The notes beneath the pieces were generated by a model. The model worked only from the letters and a program-made list of their open reading frames with translations. It searched no databases and had not been told where the DNA came from. This document shows positions 1-11,384 of a stretch of DNA of 64,000 nucleotides, piece by piece (within the stretch, counting starts at the first letter, position 1; each line of letters opens with the position of its first letter). The stretch is taken from contig OX597820.1 of the NCBI GenBank assembly GCA_951406725.2, forward strand, positions 34,224,001 through 34,288,000, read 5' to 3'. The translations under genes were made by a program, and so were the position numbers. This DNA comes from Octopus vulgaris. Taxonomy: Eukaryota.

Positions 1-184
1 GGCTTTGTGCCAAGTGATGAGAAGTTAAGCTATGGTAGAAGGACAGAAACAGGTATCTTACTGTAGGGGAGATACATGGTTACCTTAGTTGGGGAGAGAG
101 AGAATACAAAGACCCCGATCGTCATGATACAGTGATTATAAATAATTGAATTTAGCACACAGTTAATGTAGAGTGAAGTGGTAA

Positions 185-550
185 GATCGTCAAAGAAATG
201 CTTGACTAACAACTGTATCTCGACCACGTGGTTCTGGGTTCAGTCCCACTGCTTGGTATCTGGGGCAGGTTCCTTCTACTGACCAAAGCTTTGTGAGTGG
301 ATTTGGTAGATGGAAACTGAAAGAATCTCATTGTATATATGTGTGTGTTTTTGTTTTCCCCCCTCCCCACTTGACAACTGATGTTGATGTGATTATGTCC
401 TCATAACTTAGTGGTTCGCCAAAAGAGACTGATAGAATAAGTATTAGGCTTAAAAAAGATCAGTCTGGGTTCGATTTGTTTGACTAAAACCCTTTGAAGG
501 TGGTGCTCCAGCATGGCTGCAGTCAAATGACTGAAACAAGTAAAAAAATA
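185..550 (+). mobile_element. tRNA-derived SINE, the dominant family in the window (Octopus OK/OR-like; boundaries approximate)
   Basis: Head ...CCACATGGTTCYGGGTTCAGTCCCACTG, central (TA/TG)n, tail ...GCTCCAGCATGGCYGCAGTCAAATGACTGAAACAAGTAAAA. Many further copies on both strands, e.g. 5405-5560, 7295-7705, 17430-18110(-), 19080-19450(-), 33170-33590, 44433-45700, 48545-49130, 49805-50205, 59650-59953(-). Confidence 0.8.
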
Positions 551-825
551 AAAATTTAACCAAACAATTATTCTCTCTGACACTGGCCATGAGCACTACA
601 TTTTTTTATACACTGTAGAAAGTATGCCATCAATACTGTACAAATAATGACGGCATCACATTCACAAGTTACCCTAAGGCTTGACCACAGGGCCATAAGC
701 CCTCTACAAAAGTCAGACTTACATAACAATGTTGCAAAAACGGTTTTTACCTCAACTGGTCCAGCATTATTCAATGTTATGGCAAAAGAAAAAGACCTCA
801 TGACATTCAGACGTTTCTTGGATAT

Positions 826-1102
826 ATGCCAGCACCGCCTTGACTGGCTTCCGTGCCAGTGGCACGTAAAAAGCACCAATCCGATCTTGGTCATTGCCAG
901 CCTCGCCTGGCACCTGTGCCGGTGGCACGTAAAAAGCAGCCACTACACTCACAGAGTGGTTGGCGTTAGGAAGGGCATCCAGCTGTAGAAACACTGCCAG
1001 ATCAGACTGGAACCTGGTGCAGCCTTCTGGTTTCCCAGATCCCCGGTTGACCCGTCCAACCCATGCTAGCATGGAGAACGGACGTTAAATGATGATGATG
1101 AT
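826..1102 (+). mobile_element. SINE or RTE-tail repeat with internal ~22-bp GTGCCGGTGGCACGTAAAAAGCA units and (ATG)n tail
   Basis: ...GTTGGCGTTAGGAAGGGCATCCAGCTGTAGAA...CCAACCCATGCTAGCATGG...GTTAAATGATGATG. Other copies at 3910-4210(-), 8500-8678(-), 28826-29220, 40853-41005(-), 42360-42540(-), 51900-52512(-), 58970-59205(-). Confidence 0.75.
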
Positions 1103-3492
1103 TCCTAGAAGAAAACCCGGACAAACTAGTGAAACTTAGATATATTTCTGCAAGCAACCTCCTACGTGAATGGGCTGTGTTGTCCTGAAGGTAAAATTCC
1201 TTTCTGAATCATAGACTCCTAAGGCCAGTTTCCCAGTCTCTGTGGCATATATATATATATTCCCCACCTGGACGGGATGCCAGACTGAAGCAATGTAAAA
1301 TGAAGTGTTTTGCTCAAGAACACTACGTGTCGCTCGGTCCAGGAATCGAAACCACCCTAACCAGTAAGCTACGCGTCTCCACAGGATGTTCTAGAATATG
1401 ATTTTAAAAAACCAGCCTTGAAATAGAAATAACTTCAAAATGATCAAAGCCGCATTTACGTTTAAGGGGAAGCTACTCTTTCGACAAGTCTTGTAGTTAT
1501 CTCGCTTATATTTCTTTCTATAAGCTTCTATTGTAATTTCGTTTTTTTTTCTTCTTTTGTTTGTGGTTTCATCTTTTGAAAAATAAGAACAAAATTTTTT
1601 GTAAGACTTTCTCAGATCATAATTATATAAATAGATAAATAAATAAATTATTCACGACAATTTATTTAATAATTGTGGCTAATGCAGTTTCACGCCTCTC
1701 CTTGAAGAATGCATAAAAAACATTTTTTCCCCTGATTCCTACGTTTTAAATGTCAGACAAATCGAAATTTAATATAGACAAAAAACATTGAAGTGAAAGG
1801 AATTTGCGTTTTACTTGTATTTGCATTAAACAATCGTAAAACTTTTTCCAGCCATTTGTTTATTTGTCTATCTAGTTATTCCCATCCGTTTCTCTCTATA
1901 TATCTATCTCTTTTGACACATAACTATATGCTTATTGAATTTAACATTTTCAAAACTTGGTTTCTTGCATATTCGGATTCTCTGTCACCGAAAACATAGG
2001 AACCAGCTGAAAAAAAAAAAAAAAAAATTGAAAACGGAAACGTCTGTTTTGTGTGTGTGTGTGTGCATGTGATGGGGTGTGTGACTGTGCATGAGGTCCG
2101 CCAGAGAGGCGGGTGAAGTTTGTAAAATTCAAAATTTGGGAGAAGGGTAGGTTGAGGTGGGCATTTTAAAGTTGGAAAGGGTGGTTTAAAAAAAATATTC
2201 AGCGGGTGGGGGTGGGGGTCTATGAAATTAAAAAATAATTTTTCTTTGCATATTCGTAAACTCCAACATCTAAAATGTAGGAATCTGAAAAAATATTTTC
2301 AAAAAAATGCATTTTTCAAGGAGCGGTGCGAAACTGCACTAAGCCCTCAATAATTATTACCATTCTCTTTGGTTTGAATTTGGTAATTGAATACTCAGTT
2401 TAAATTCACTTTGTAATGGTATAACCATTGATTGGGACGCATTTTATTTTTCTCCCTATTTTTCTGTCTTCATATGTTTTCACTCCTCATTCCTTCTGCA
2501 GAAGAGCTTGGACTCGAAATGTTAAAAACTTCTTGCATTTTTTCCTGAGTATCAAACTAATACACCCTGTTTGTTGTTCTTCGACATGTCTCTGTTTCTT
2601 TTGTAAATTTTTGAACAACACACACAATTCATAGCAACTTTGACTTGGCTCTATATGACTTAGTCTCATGGGCTTGTACAAGAAACCCATTTTGTCAGAT
2701 ATCCAGGTATGGAGCTGAGTCAAACTGTTATTAGATAATATAAACCCTACCAAATATGTTGAGTGCTACTTCCCTTAGTTTGTCCACTCCATAGCCAACC
2801 CTACTTAGTGCATAATAACATCATCTGTTATTATTCATTTGATTGTGTGTGTGTAAAACAAATAGAAAATTTAAAAAAAAACATAAGTAACAGAAAATTT
2901 GTAGCTAATTCCTCATCAGTCAATGTCTAAAAGATCATTACACTTTCATGCCTTCAATGTTGATATTGTTTACCTTTGTGAACAATATCAACATTCCATG
3001 TAACTTAGCTGTTTGGCAAAACAGATCGATGGAATGAGTACTAGAGTTTAAAAAAAAAAATACTCCTGGATTTTATTTGTTTTACTAAAACCCTTCGAGC
3101 TGGTGCTCCAGAATGGTTGCAATTCAATGACTGAAATGAAGCAAAAGATGAAAAGTCTAAATTAATTGAATTAATTAAATTTGATTCTCTTATTCTTTTT
3201 ACTTGTTTCAGTCAACCTTGAACACAAAGATACGCGAGCGCGCGCACACACACGCAACACGCACACGCATGATGGGCTTCTTTCAGTTTCCCTCTACAGA
3301 TCCACTCAGAGAAGGCTTTAGTTGACCCAAGACTATAGTAGCAGACACTTGCCCAAGGTGCCACACAGTGGGACTGAACCCAGAACCATGCGGTTGGGAA
3401 GCAAGCTTCTTACCACATAGCCACACCTGTGCCTAATAATAATGTGTGTGTATGTGTGCCATTTTAATTTTTTTTTTTTTCAATTAATACAG

Positions 3493-3642
3493 GAAAATGA
3501 AATCAACAAAATTGAAACTGAAATTGCAGCGTTGAAGAAGGGAGAGGTCATTGCAGGTGGAAGCATGGCATTACCACCAGAAGTAGAAGCACTTCAGTCA
3601 GAAAATGTTAAACTCCAGTACCAACTTGACCATTTGAAAAGT
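3493..3642 (+). CDS. RARS1: Arginyl-tRNA synthetase, cytoplasmic: first visible exon (probably exon 2), N-terminal coiled-coil/leucine-zipper extension
   Basis: Acceptor tacAG at 3491-92 after a poly-T tract, donor GTGAGT at 3643. 150 nt, phase 0/0. Translates ENEINKIETEIAALKKG...EALQSENVKLQYQLDHLKS, which resembles the metazoan ArgRS N-terminal extension. Confidence 0.88.
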
Positions 3643-3693
3643 GTGAGTTTCTTTTTATTTTCTTTCATCATCATCATCATCATCATCGTTTAA

Positions 3694-3905
3694 CCCTTTA
3701 GTGTTCACATTTTTCTGCCAAAATTAATGCTTTTTAATCCACATTGTTTTGAACTAATTATTCATTAATCTTGTAGCTATGAGATTTTGATGAGGTAGCT
3801 GTTAATTTTTAAAACGATATTGTAGGGCTGGTGTGAGAGACCATATCTGGCCAGTTTGAACATAAAACAGGCAGAATACTTTTGGCGGGTTTAAATGCTA
3901 AAGGG
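3694..3905. mobile_element. piggyBac-type MITE
   Basis: TTAA|CCCTTTAG...CTAAAGGG|TTAA, inserted at the TTAA of a SINE tail (CATCGTTTAACGTCC). Related copies near 5285, 13090-13260, 22657-22873, 36470-36693 and 50605-50823. Confidence 0.8.
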
Positions 3906-5065
3906 TTAACGTCCGTTTTCCATGCTAGCATGGGTTGGATGGTTCAACTGGGGTCAGGGAAGCCAGAAGACTGCGCCAGGCCCAGTCTGATCTGGCAGTG
4001 TTTCTACAGCTGGATGCCCTTCCTAACGCCAACTACTCCGAGAGTGTAGTGGGTACTTTTTATGTGCCACCTGCACAGGTACCAAACGAGGCTGGCAAAC
4101 GGCCACGATTGGATGGTGCTTTTTACGTGCCACCGGCACGGGGGCCAGTCGAGGCTGGCAACGGCCACAATCGGATGGTGCTTTTTACGTGCCACCGGCA
4201 CGGAGGCCTGTTTATTGATTCGGGTTGGATGAGTGTAACCCCACCCTCTTCATTGCTTTCTGGCTCCACTTGATCTCTCTCACTCTCTCCTAAAATGTGA
4301 TTAGTTATGTAGTTCCTCTACAGCATGAAGCTTGTTCTGCTCTGGTCTCTTTTCTCATACGTTTAACCTATCTTTTGCCCATCATCTCCTAGCATGAAGT
4401 TCTCCCACTTGGGAAACTGCACGACAACCTCACTAGTGCTGGTGGTACAGAAAATGCACGCAGTACATATCATAAATTGGTTAGTGTCAGGAAAAGCATC
4501 CAGCTGTAGAAATATACCAAATCAGACACTGGAATATGATGCAGTCCTTGAGCTCATCAGATCCTGTCAAATCATCTAACCCATGCCAGCCTGAATATGG
4601 ATATTAAATAGTAATGATGATGATGGTGGTGGCGCCGCCACTGCTGCTGCTGCTGCATTCTAGACTACATTAACCCATATGTTCTTCAATTTTCTTAAGA
4701 CAATTGCTTGTAGGTATAAGGAAATTTGGCTGTTATTTCTAGCAGTTTGATAGACCACATTCAAGCTTCTTTGTTGGTTTGGGGGCATTTTATTTTTATT
4801 TAGTCAGGCAAACTGAAGTAATCAAAGTTGGATGCCTTGGTCAAGAGCATAAATAAGACACTGAGATTCTGAGAAAGCCTGCAAATATCAGAGATGCTGT
4901 CTTTCAGACGAAAGACATAAAAAACAGGACGAAAAACAGCAAAACCACGAAAGATTTGAACTTTAGGCTTCATGATCAGTAATCCAGCACCTTATCCACA
5001 TAGCTAATTGTACTGATTTTGCATATCTTTAATTTCTCTGCCTCTCTCTCTCTCTTTTTGTTCAG

Positions 5066-5257
5066 AGTTTTGCCAAGGAGCAGATGAAAGAAAGTAACCA
5101 CATGATATGTCTAAATGTTCTCATGGAGCAGATCTTTGCCCTTGCTATTCAAGATGCTTATCCTGATCTGGGTTCAGAAGCCCCTGTCATGCTCACTCCT
5201 ACCAATAAACCCAACTTTGGCGATTACCAATGCAACAGTGCCATGAGTATTTGCCAG
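5066..5257 (+). CDS. RARS1: Arginyl-tRNA synthetase exon (N-terminal Add1 domain)
   Basis: ttcAG acceptor, GTAAGT donor, 192 nt, phase 0/0. SFAKEQMKESNHMICLN...AYPDL...FGDYQCNSAMSICQ; FGDYQCNSAM is characteristic of ArgRS. Confidence 0.96.
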
Positions 5258-5860
5258 GTAAGTACCCAGTGTTACTTTTTTTAAACCCTTTAGCATTCGA
5301 TTTACTGTCAACTGTAATACTTACTTATTCGCATTGTTTTGAATTAATCGTGCATTATCTCATAGCTTTGAGATTTTGGTGATATGATTATATACATACA
5401 CTGGTGTAGGTATGGCTGTGTGGTAAGAAGCTTGCTTCCCAACCACATGGTTCTGAGTTCAGTCCCACTATGTTGTACCTTAGACAAGTTTCTTCTGCTA
5501 TAGCCTCGAGCTAACCAAAGCCTTGTGGATGGAATTGGTAGACAGAAACTGACAGACGTCTATTGAACACGCACACACACGCATGCACGCACGCACGCAC
5601 ATATATAACGTGAGTTCATGGCTGTTTCCTGCACCAGTTTTGCATAGCCGCCCCAGCCCATCCAAAGTACCTTGGATTGCAGAACGACCTGCTGTGCTTA
5701 TACGACGGGCTTCTTTCAGTTTCCGTCTACCAAATCCACTCACAAGGCTTTGGTCGGCCCGAGGCTATAGTAGAAGACACTTGTCCAAGGTACCACGCAG
5801 TGGGACTGAACCCGGAACCATGTGGTTGGTAAGCAAGCTACTTACCACACAGCCACTCCT

Positions 5861-6138
5861 ATATATAATATATGTATATAATTTAGAGAAAAACCACTAT
5901 TAAACAATTCAATAAAGATGTTATTCACACCATATAGAAAAAAATATACTATAAAAAAATTTTATTTTTAATCAATAAAGTACAACAAATAGCAAACTGT
6001 TTACTATTTATTGTACTTTATTGATTTAAAATAAAAGTTTTTTATAGTATATTTTTTCTATATGGTGTGAATAACATCTTTCTTTATTGAATTGTTTAAT
6101 AGTGGTTTTTCTCTAAATTTTATACATATATTATATAT
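5861..6138. repeat. ~280-bp near-perfect foldback palindrome in an RARS1 intron
   Basis: The ATTTAGAGAAAAACCACTATTAAACAATTCAATAAAG... arm is the reverse complement of ...CTTTATTGAATTGTTTAATAGTGGTTTTTCTCTAAAT. Centre near 5992-6003. Confidence 0.9.
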
Positions 6139-6480
6139 TGTGAAACTCGATGTAAAATTGTTAAATTGAATTCTTCCCTGTAAGTTTTGGAATTATATTC
6201 CCTACTATTATTATTATTATTATTATTATGTATATATATATATATATATCGTTGTGTGTGTTCTTGTCTTTGTTTGTCCCCTGCCACTGCTTGACAACCG
6301 GCGTTTGTGTGTTCTTGTTCTTGTAACTTAGTGGTTCAACAAAAGAATTTAATAGAATAAGTACCAGGCTTAAGGAAATAAGTCCTGTGGTCGATTCATT
6401 TGACTAAAAATTCTTCAAGGCAGAGCCCCAGCATGGCTGCAGTTTAATGACTGAAACAAGTAAAAAATAAAAGAAAGATA

Positions 6481-7284
6481 TTGGGTTGGCAAGAAAGTAA
6501 TTTCGTTTTTCACAAATAAAATTACAATTCTCCTGAACGACTTTTGTCAGTGTTATCATTTTTTCCCTTTTGACATTTGATAGCCATTACTTTTAGCTTA
6601 CTTAGCTTACATGCAATGAAGTCTACCTTTTTTTGAAATGAATCATCACTGTTGATGAGAAATGAATTTTCTACAATAACATTAATTAAAAACGACCATG
6701 GTCCAAGCATAATGAACTAGCATAAACAAATTCAAAAGCTGAATTGCATCGAAAAAGGTTGAGCTGTCAATTTGGTGGAATTACAAAGGTGTTGTGTATT
6801 TTGAGCTGCTTCTAAGGAACCAAATGATTAAGTCAGATGCTTACTGTCAACAACTAATGAACTTGGAGGAAGCAATCAAAGAAAAACAGCAAGAATTGGC
6901 AAATTGTGAAGGAATTGTGTTCCATCATGACAACACTAGACCACACACGTCCTTGCTAACTCATGAAAAATTATTGTAGCTTGGTTGGGAAGTGATGTCA
7001 CTGACCTTGCACCATCAGATTACCATTTATTTTAAAGTTTGCAAAATTCTTTGAATGTTAAAACTTTCAATAATGATGATGACCTGAACTTGCACTTGCT
7101 TCAGTTTTTGGCTGATAAGGACCAGAAGTTCTATGACCATGGAATCATGAAGTTGCCAGAAAGATGGCAAAAGGTCATGGAACAAAATGGAAAATTTATA
7201 ATTGATTAAAATTCATTCTTTGTATGAAAAATAATGATGTTTATTTCACACACAAAAATCGAAATTACTTTCTTGCCAACCCAG
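6481..7284 (+). mobile_element. Mariner (DD34D) transposon, internally deleted and defective
   Basis: TA|TTGGGTTGGCAAGAAAGTAATTTCG...CGAAATTACTTTCTTGCCAACCCAG|TA. Transposase remnants VYFELL...FHHDNTRPH...DLAPSDYHLF, with stops. Confidence 0.92.
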
Positions 7285-7879
7285 TATATGCATAGGCACA
7301 AGCATGACTGTGTGGTAAGAAGCTTGCTGCCTTACCACATGGTTCCAGGTTCAGTCCCACTGCATGGCACCTTGGGCAACTGTCTTCTACTAGAACCACA
7401 GGCTGACCAAAGCCTTGTGAGTAGGTTTATTAGACGGAAACTGAAAGAAGCCCATTATATGTGTGCGTGTGTATATGTATGTACATATCTGCATGTGTGT
7501 GTACCTTTGTGTCTGTATTTGACCTCACCCCACCACTGCTTGACAACTAGTGTTGGTGTGTTTATGTCCTTGTAACTTAGCTGTTCAGCTTAAGAGATCG
7601 ATAAAATAAGTACTAGGCTTACAAAGAATAAATCAGTTTGTTCGACCAAAACCATTCAAGGCACTGCTCCAGCCTGGCTGTAATCAAGTAAAAGAATAAA
7701 AGAATATATATATGGCAGTGACTAGAACAAGGTTTGAAATTGTGATGTTGTGGTTCTCTAATCCAATATCAGAACCTTTTGGTGACCACCTCTATCCACG
7801 TCTTAGCATTCTAGCTTTATATATATTTTATTGCAAAACTCTCAATCAGTAATATTCTTGTTACATTTTCTGCTTTCAG

Positions 7880-7969
7880 CTGCTGAAGAGTAAAGGTGTA
7901 AAAGTTAATCCAAGGGAAGTGGCCCAAAATATCTTGAACCATCTCCAGAAAACAGAATATATCGAAAAG
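7880..7969 (+). CDS. RARS1: Arginyl-tRNA synthetase exon
   Basis: tttcAG acceptor, GTCAGT donor, 90 nt, phase 0/0. LLKSKGVKVNPREVAQNILNHLQKTEYIEK. Not in the ORF track; read directly from the sequence. Confidence 0.95.
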
Positions 7970-8022
7970 GTCAGTTTATATCAAATATGGGCATTGAAAA
8001 TTACAACAGTGGAGGTTGTTGG

Positions 8023-8295
8023 TATATGGCGTAGTGGTTAAGAGTGCAGGCATATGGCATAGTGGTTAAGAGCGTGGGCTACAAACCCCAAGATTCTGAG
8101 ATTGATTCCAGGCAGTGACCTGAATAATAATAATTTTAACAGCATTGAAAAATACCTTAGGAACGAGAACCCAGGTTCGAAATTTCCCCAAGACACCTGA
8201 TGAAGTCTGGAGGGTATATCAGCTGAAACGTTGTGTTAACAACAAACAAGATGAGGACAAATATCCGTCAAATGTAAATAATGAAAATAATGAAG
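8023..8295 (+). mobile_element. tRNA-headed short element (duplicated A-box head) with an (AAT)n linker and a hammerhead-bearing 3' segment
   Basis: TGGCGTAGTGGTTAAGAG occurs twice (second copy TGGCATAGTGG), followed by B-box-like GATTGATTCC, then the hammerhead at 8192-8237 and an (AAATAATG)-like tail. Confidence 0.65.
8192..8237 (+). ncRNA. Minimal type I hammerhead ribozyme motif (Penelope/retrozyme type)
   Basis: GACAC-CTGATGA-AGTCTG...CAGCT-GAAAC-GTT-GTGTT. Stem I is GACAC/GTGTT, the core is intact, stem II is bulged, and the loopless palindromic stem III (AACGTT) would need a dimer to form. Confidence 0.65.
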
Positions 8296-8699
8296 TTGTT
8301 GGTAGTTCAGATTTTGTAGTTATGACAATCATAAACTTTTTTGAGACAAAGTATATCTAGGACACTACTGTGTAATGTGCCATTGACTTTTTCTTTTTAA
8401 GATAGTAGAGTATGATTTGAAGAAGATTTGGTTGTTGCTTCTTCCAGTTTGAGTGACAATATAGAGGGGCACAAATTAGTTTAAAGATGGTCGTGAACCA
8501 TCATCATCATCATCATTTAACGTTCGTTCTCCATGCTAGCATGGGTTGGACGGTTCGACTGGGGATCTGGGAAGCCAGAAGGCTGCACCAGGCTCCAGTC
8601 TGATCTGGCAGTGTTTCTACAGCTGGATGCCCTTCCTAATACCAACCATTCCGTGAGTGTAGTGGGTGCTTTTTACGAATGTTGGGTAATAACCTAAAA

Positions 8700-9060
8700 T
8701 GTAAGATTGTAAATACAAACAGCCAAAATGGGGCCCCTCTGAAGGATCTCTGAAGTAATGTTACTTGACAGTGCAGGGCTTGGAGATCAGGAAGGCTCTC
8801 CAGCTCAAACTACTCTGTTGATGTTTCAGCACTACAGACATGTGATTAGAAAGTCGAAAGAAAGAATCACAAGATGGATTCATCGAGCTAAGCCAATTGG
8901 CAGCAGACCTAAGGGTTGACTAAGAATGAGATGGTTGCTTAATATCCATAATCTCACTTTGTCACACTTGGGAATCCAGCAAGAAAGCCTAATGACTGTT
9001 GTTGCTGATAGGACCTTATGGAGGATCCTACTACCATGACCCTTCCAGTAACAGTTGGCA
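8700..9060 (+). mobile_element. RTE-type LINE 3' remnant
   Basis: Degraded frame HVIRKSKERITRWIHRAKPIGSRPKG*LRMRWL resembles the RTE ORF C-terminus (G-x-R-P-x-G-R-P-x-x-R-W). Confidence 0.55.
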
Positions 9061-9394
9061 AAGATTGATGGGTGAATAGATGTTGTTTAGCCCTGGGTTA
9101 GCCTTGTTTGGGTAAATGTATGATCAGAAGTCTTCCTCTGTCTTTTATTCTAGCTTTGTGTATCTTAGCCTACATTATCTAGTGGCGTACAAACAACAGA
9201 TTATATCCATCAAAAAACCCTGGCAGGCCTGTTCAGGTTGCCAACCACACCATAGCAAAGCACAATAGAACTACAAAAAACACAAAACATGGTACTAAAT
9301 GTCAGAACAGGCTGTACACAGACCACACTTATAGATTGCTTATAGAAGGAAGTACAAATTGGACATATGACACACACACACCAAAGATGACCTG

Positions 9395-9530
9395 AAGGCA
9401 AGGATTATGGCAGCATTCACTAACTTAAACAAGGTGACCATCCAGAAGATTTGCAAGAGATTCCAAAGTCATCTGGAGGCCATGCCTAAAGCCAATGGCG
9501 ATTTTATTGAATAAATTTATTCTTTAGTAT
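9395..9530 (+). mobile_element. Tc1/mariner-superfamily transposase C-terminal remnant
   Basis: AFTNLNKVTIQKICKRFQSHLEAMPKANGDFIE* resembles the typical C-terminal ending (C..F..RLEA....G..IE). Confidence 0.55.
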
Positions 9531-9996
9531 TTGTTATTGTTTGGTTTGGGTTTAAAAGTTCAAATATGAAATTTTGGTGGAAGGTCTTAATTTAGATCAC
9601 TATCATCATCATTTAGCATCTGTTTTTCATGCTGGTGTGGGTTGGATGATTTGACAGGAGCTGGCAAGTCAGAGAGTTGCACCAGACTCCAACTGTCTGT
9701 TTGGCATGGTTTCTATAGCTGGATGTTCTTCCTATAGCCAAGCACTTTACAGTGTGTAGTGGGTGCTTTTTACATGGCACCAGTACGGGTGCTTTTTATG
9801 TGGCAATATATCTAAACACACAAGTGTGTACATATTCATTGCTTTTAAAAATATTAATTAAAACTATTACTTTGAAACTTACTTATACAACAATGAAGTT
9901 TAAAATAGGAGATTTGTGGTGGCCATGGTGGGGATTGGCATCAAAAGAGTTAAAGTTACTGAAACCTGTCTTTTGGCATTATGTTTGTTTGATTAG

Positions 9997-10175
9997 ACGG
10001 ACATAGCTGGCCCAGGATTCATCAACATCTTTTTGGCTAAGAATTATGTATCAAAGCAGATCAGCAAACTTTTAAAGAATGGAGTCCAGCCGCCTTACAT
10101 TGCCAAAAAGTGTAATGTTGTCATTGACTTCTCATCTCCAAATATTGCCAAGGAAATGCATGTTGGACATCTCAG
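9997..10175 (+). CDS. RARS1: Arginyl-tRNA synthetase exon containing the class I HIGH motif
   Basis: attAG acceptor, GTAAGT donor, 179 nt, phase 0/2. [13 protein letters not shown]...[19 protein letters not shown](R). Confidence 0.97.
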
Positions 10176-10185
10176 GTAAGTTTAT

Positions 10186-10520
10186 TATTGTTTTTAGTCA
10201 TGTTTGTTTGTTTGTCTGTCTGTGGGCAAGATATCGCAAGAACCACTGGATGGATTTGCATAAAACTTTCAGGGATGTTTGGCCTCATGACTGGCATGAA
10301 CTGATTATATTTTGAGATTTTGGGATTGATCCGGTACCAGACAAAGATTCTGGATTATATTTCCTGCTTTTTTACTTAATTTTTGAGAGCGATCAGGTTA
10401 TTTTTTAGTATTCTTGTTTGTGAGAGCAGTCGAGTTTATTTCAGATTTTTTTCATTTTTAAGATCATCTCTGGCTAATCGTTGCCTTGGTGGAGGTTTGC
10501 GCTCTCTGAGTGCTCTTATT
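10186..10520 (+). mobile_element. Helentron-associated non-autonomous element (HINE/DINE-like)
   Basis: (GTTT/GTCT)n near the 5' end; 3' CCTTGGTGGAGG subterminal repeat followed by the GCGCTCTCTGAGTGC hairpin. Homologous to 28557-30002. Confidence 0.6.
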
Positions 10521-10659
10521 ATTATTGTTGTTATAATTAGGACGCATAGCCTAGTGGTTAAGGTTTTGCACTCAGATCATGAGATCATGGTTTCAATTCC
10601 TGGACCAGGTGATGCACGGTGTTCTTGAGTAAACACTTCATCTCATTGCTCTGCAATTA

Positions 10660-11225
10660 TTGGGTTGCCCGGAAAGCTCGTGCCGATTTTTAAAGAAAAG
10701 AAAAAGGTCAATAAATACTTGCTATTACCCAAGCTTTACCAGGTGCTCATTAACGACGGATTTTGATAGGTTGAGGCTTTCTGCCAATTCTCGGGTTGTG
10801 CAATGTGGGTTATTCTCAATTAATGACTTGATTTGGTCATCAGGATGGTCTGCTTGATCGCTCTTTATCAATAAGGCTACAATCTCCAGCTCGGAACCTT
10901 GCGAACCACTTCCATACAGTTCTTTTGGATAAAGAAACATCACCATAAACTGCGCATATTTCTTTGGTTGCTTGTGAGGCATTTTTCCCTTTATGGAAAA
11001 AGAAAAGCATCAAGTGCTGAAAATGAACTTTCTTATCTTCCATTTTAAAGGGTTACAGAATTAACACAGGTTATAGGAATATAAGCCTTCTTCCACGAAA
11101 AGATAGCTTAAACTACGCTCTAAATGGAGGTGTAGTCAAATTCTATTTTATGGACTCAAACATGTTCTAAAATAAGTCGAAAGGTAAGCTACTATAAATC
11201 GGCACGAACTTTCCGGACAACCCAA
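10660..11225 (-). mobile_element. Mariner deletion derivative retaining the N-terminal HTH region, nested in a tRNA-SINE
   Basis: TA|TTGGGTTGCCCGGAAAGCTCGTGCCGATTT...AAATCGGCACGAACTTTCCGGACAACCCAA|TA. MEDKKVHF...EICAVYG...WKWFARFRAG; frameshifted ...IENNPHCTTRELAESLNLSKS. Confidence 0.92.
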
Positions 11226-11384
11226 TACTTTGACACTTGATGCCTGGTCCCATTCAGATAATATCAATTTAATGGCGAGAGTAAGCTAAAGTGTGGCATG
11301 AACATTTGATCACTGCGCAGGTTGGTTGTTTGGCAAAAGCTGAATGTTCTAACGTCTTTGACAGGAGAGTTCATCATTATTATT

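Noticed and set aside
32-52. ATG GTA GAA GGA CAG AAA CAG|GTATC as RARS1 exon 1
   Set aside because: The same sequence context recurs at about 30741-30797, so it is part of a dispersed repeat. No ArgRS similarity.
2668-2706. MGLYKKPILSDIQ|GTATGG as a phase-0 RARS1 exon 1
   Set aside because: The phase fits, but the flanks match a repeat also present at about 32815-32920 and the peptide is not recognisably ArgRS-like. Exon 1 is left unassigned.
8023-8120. Functional tRNA gene (also 10541-10610, 22135-22200, 41550-41615)
   Set aside because: A- and B-box-like motifs are present, but there is no complete cloverleaf or acceptor stem and each continues into a repeat body. These are SINE heads.
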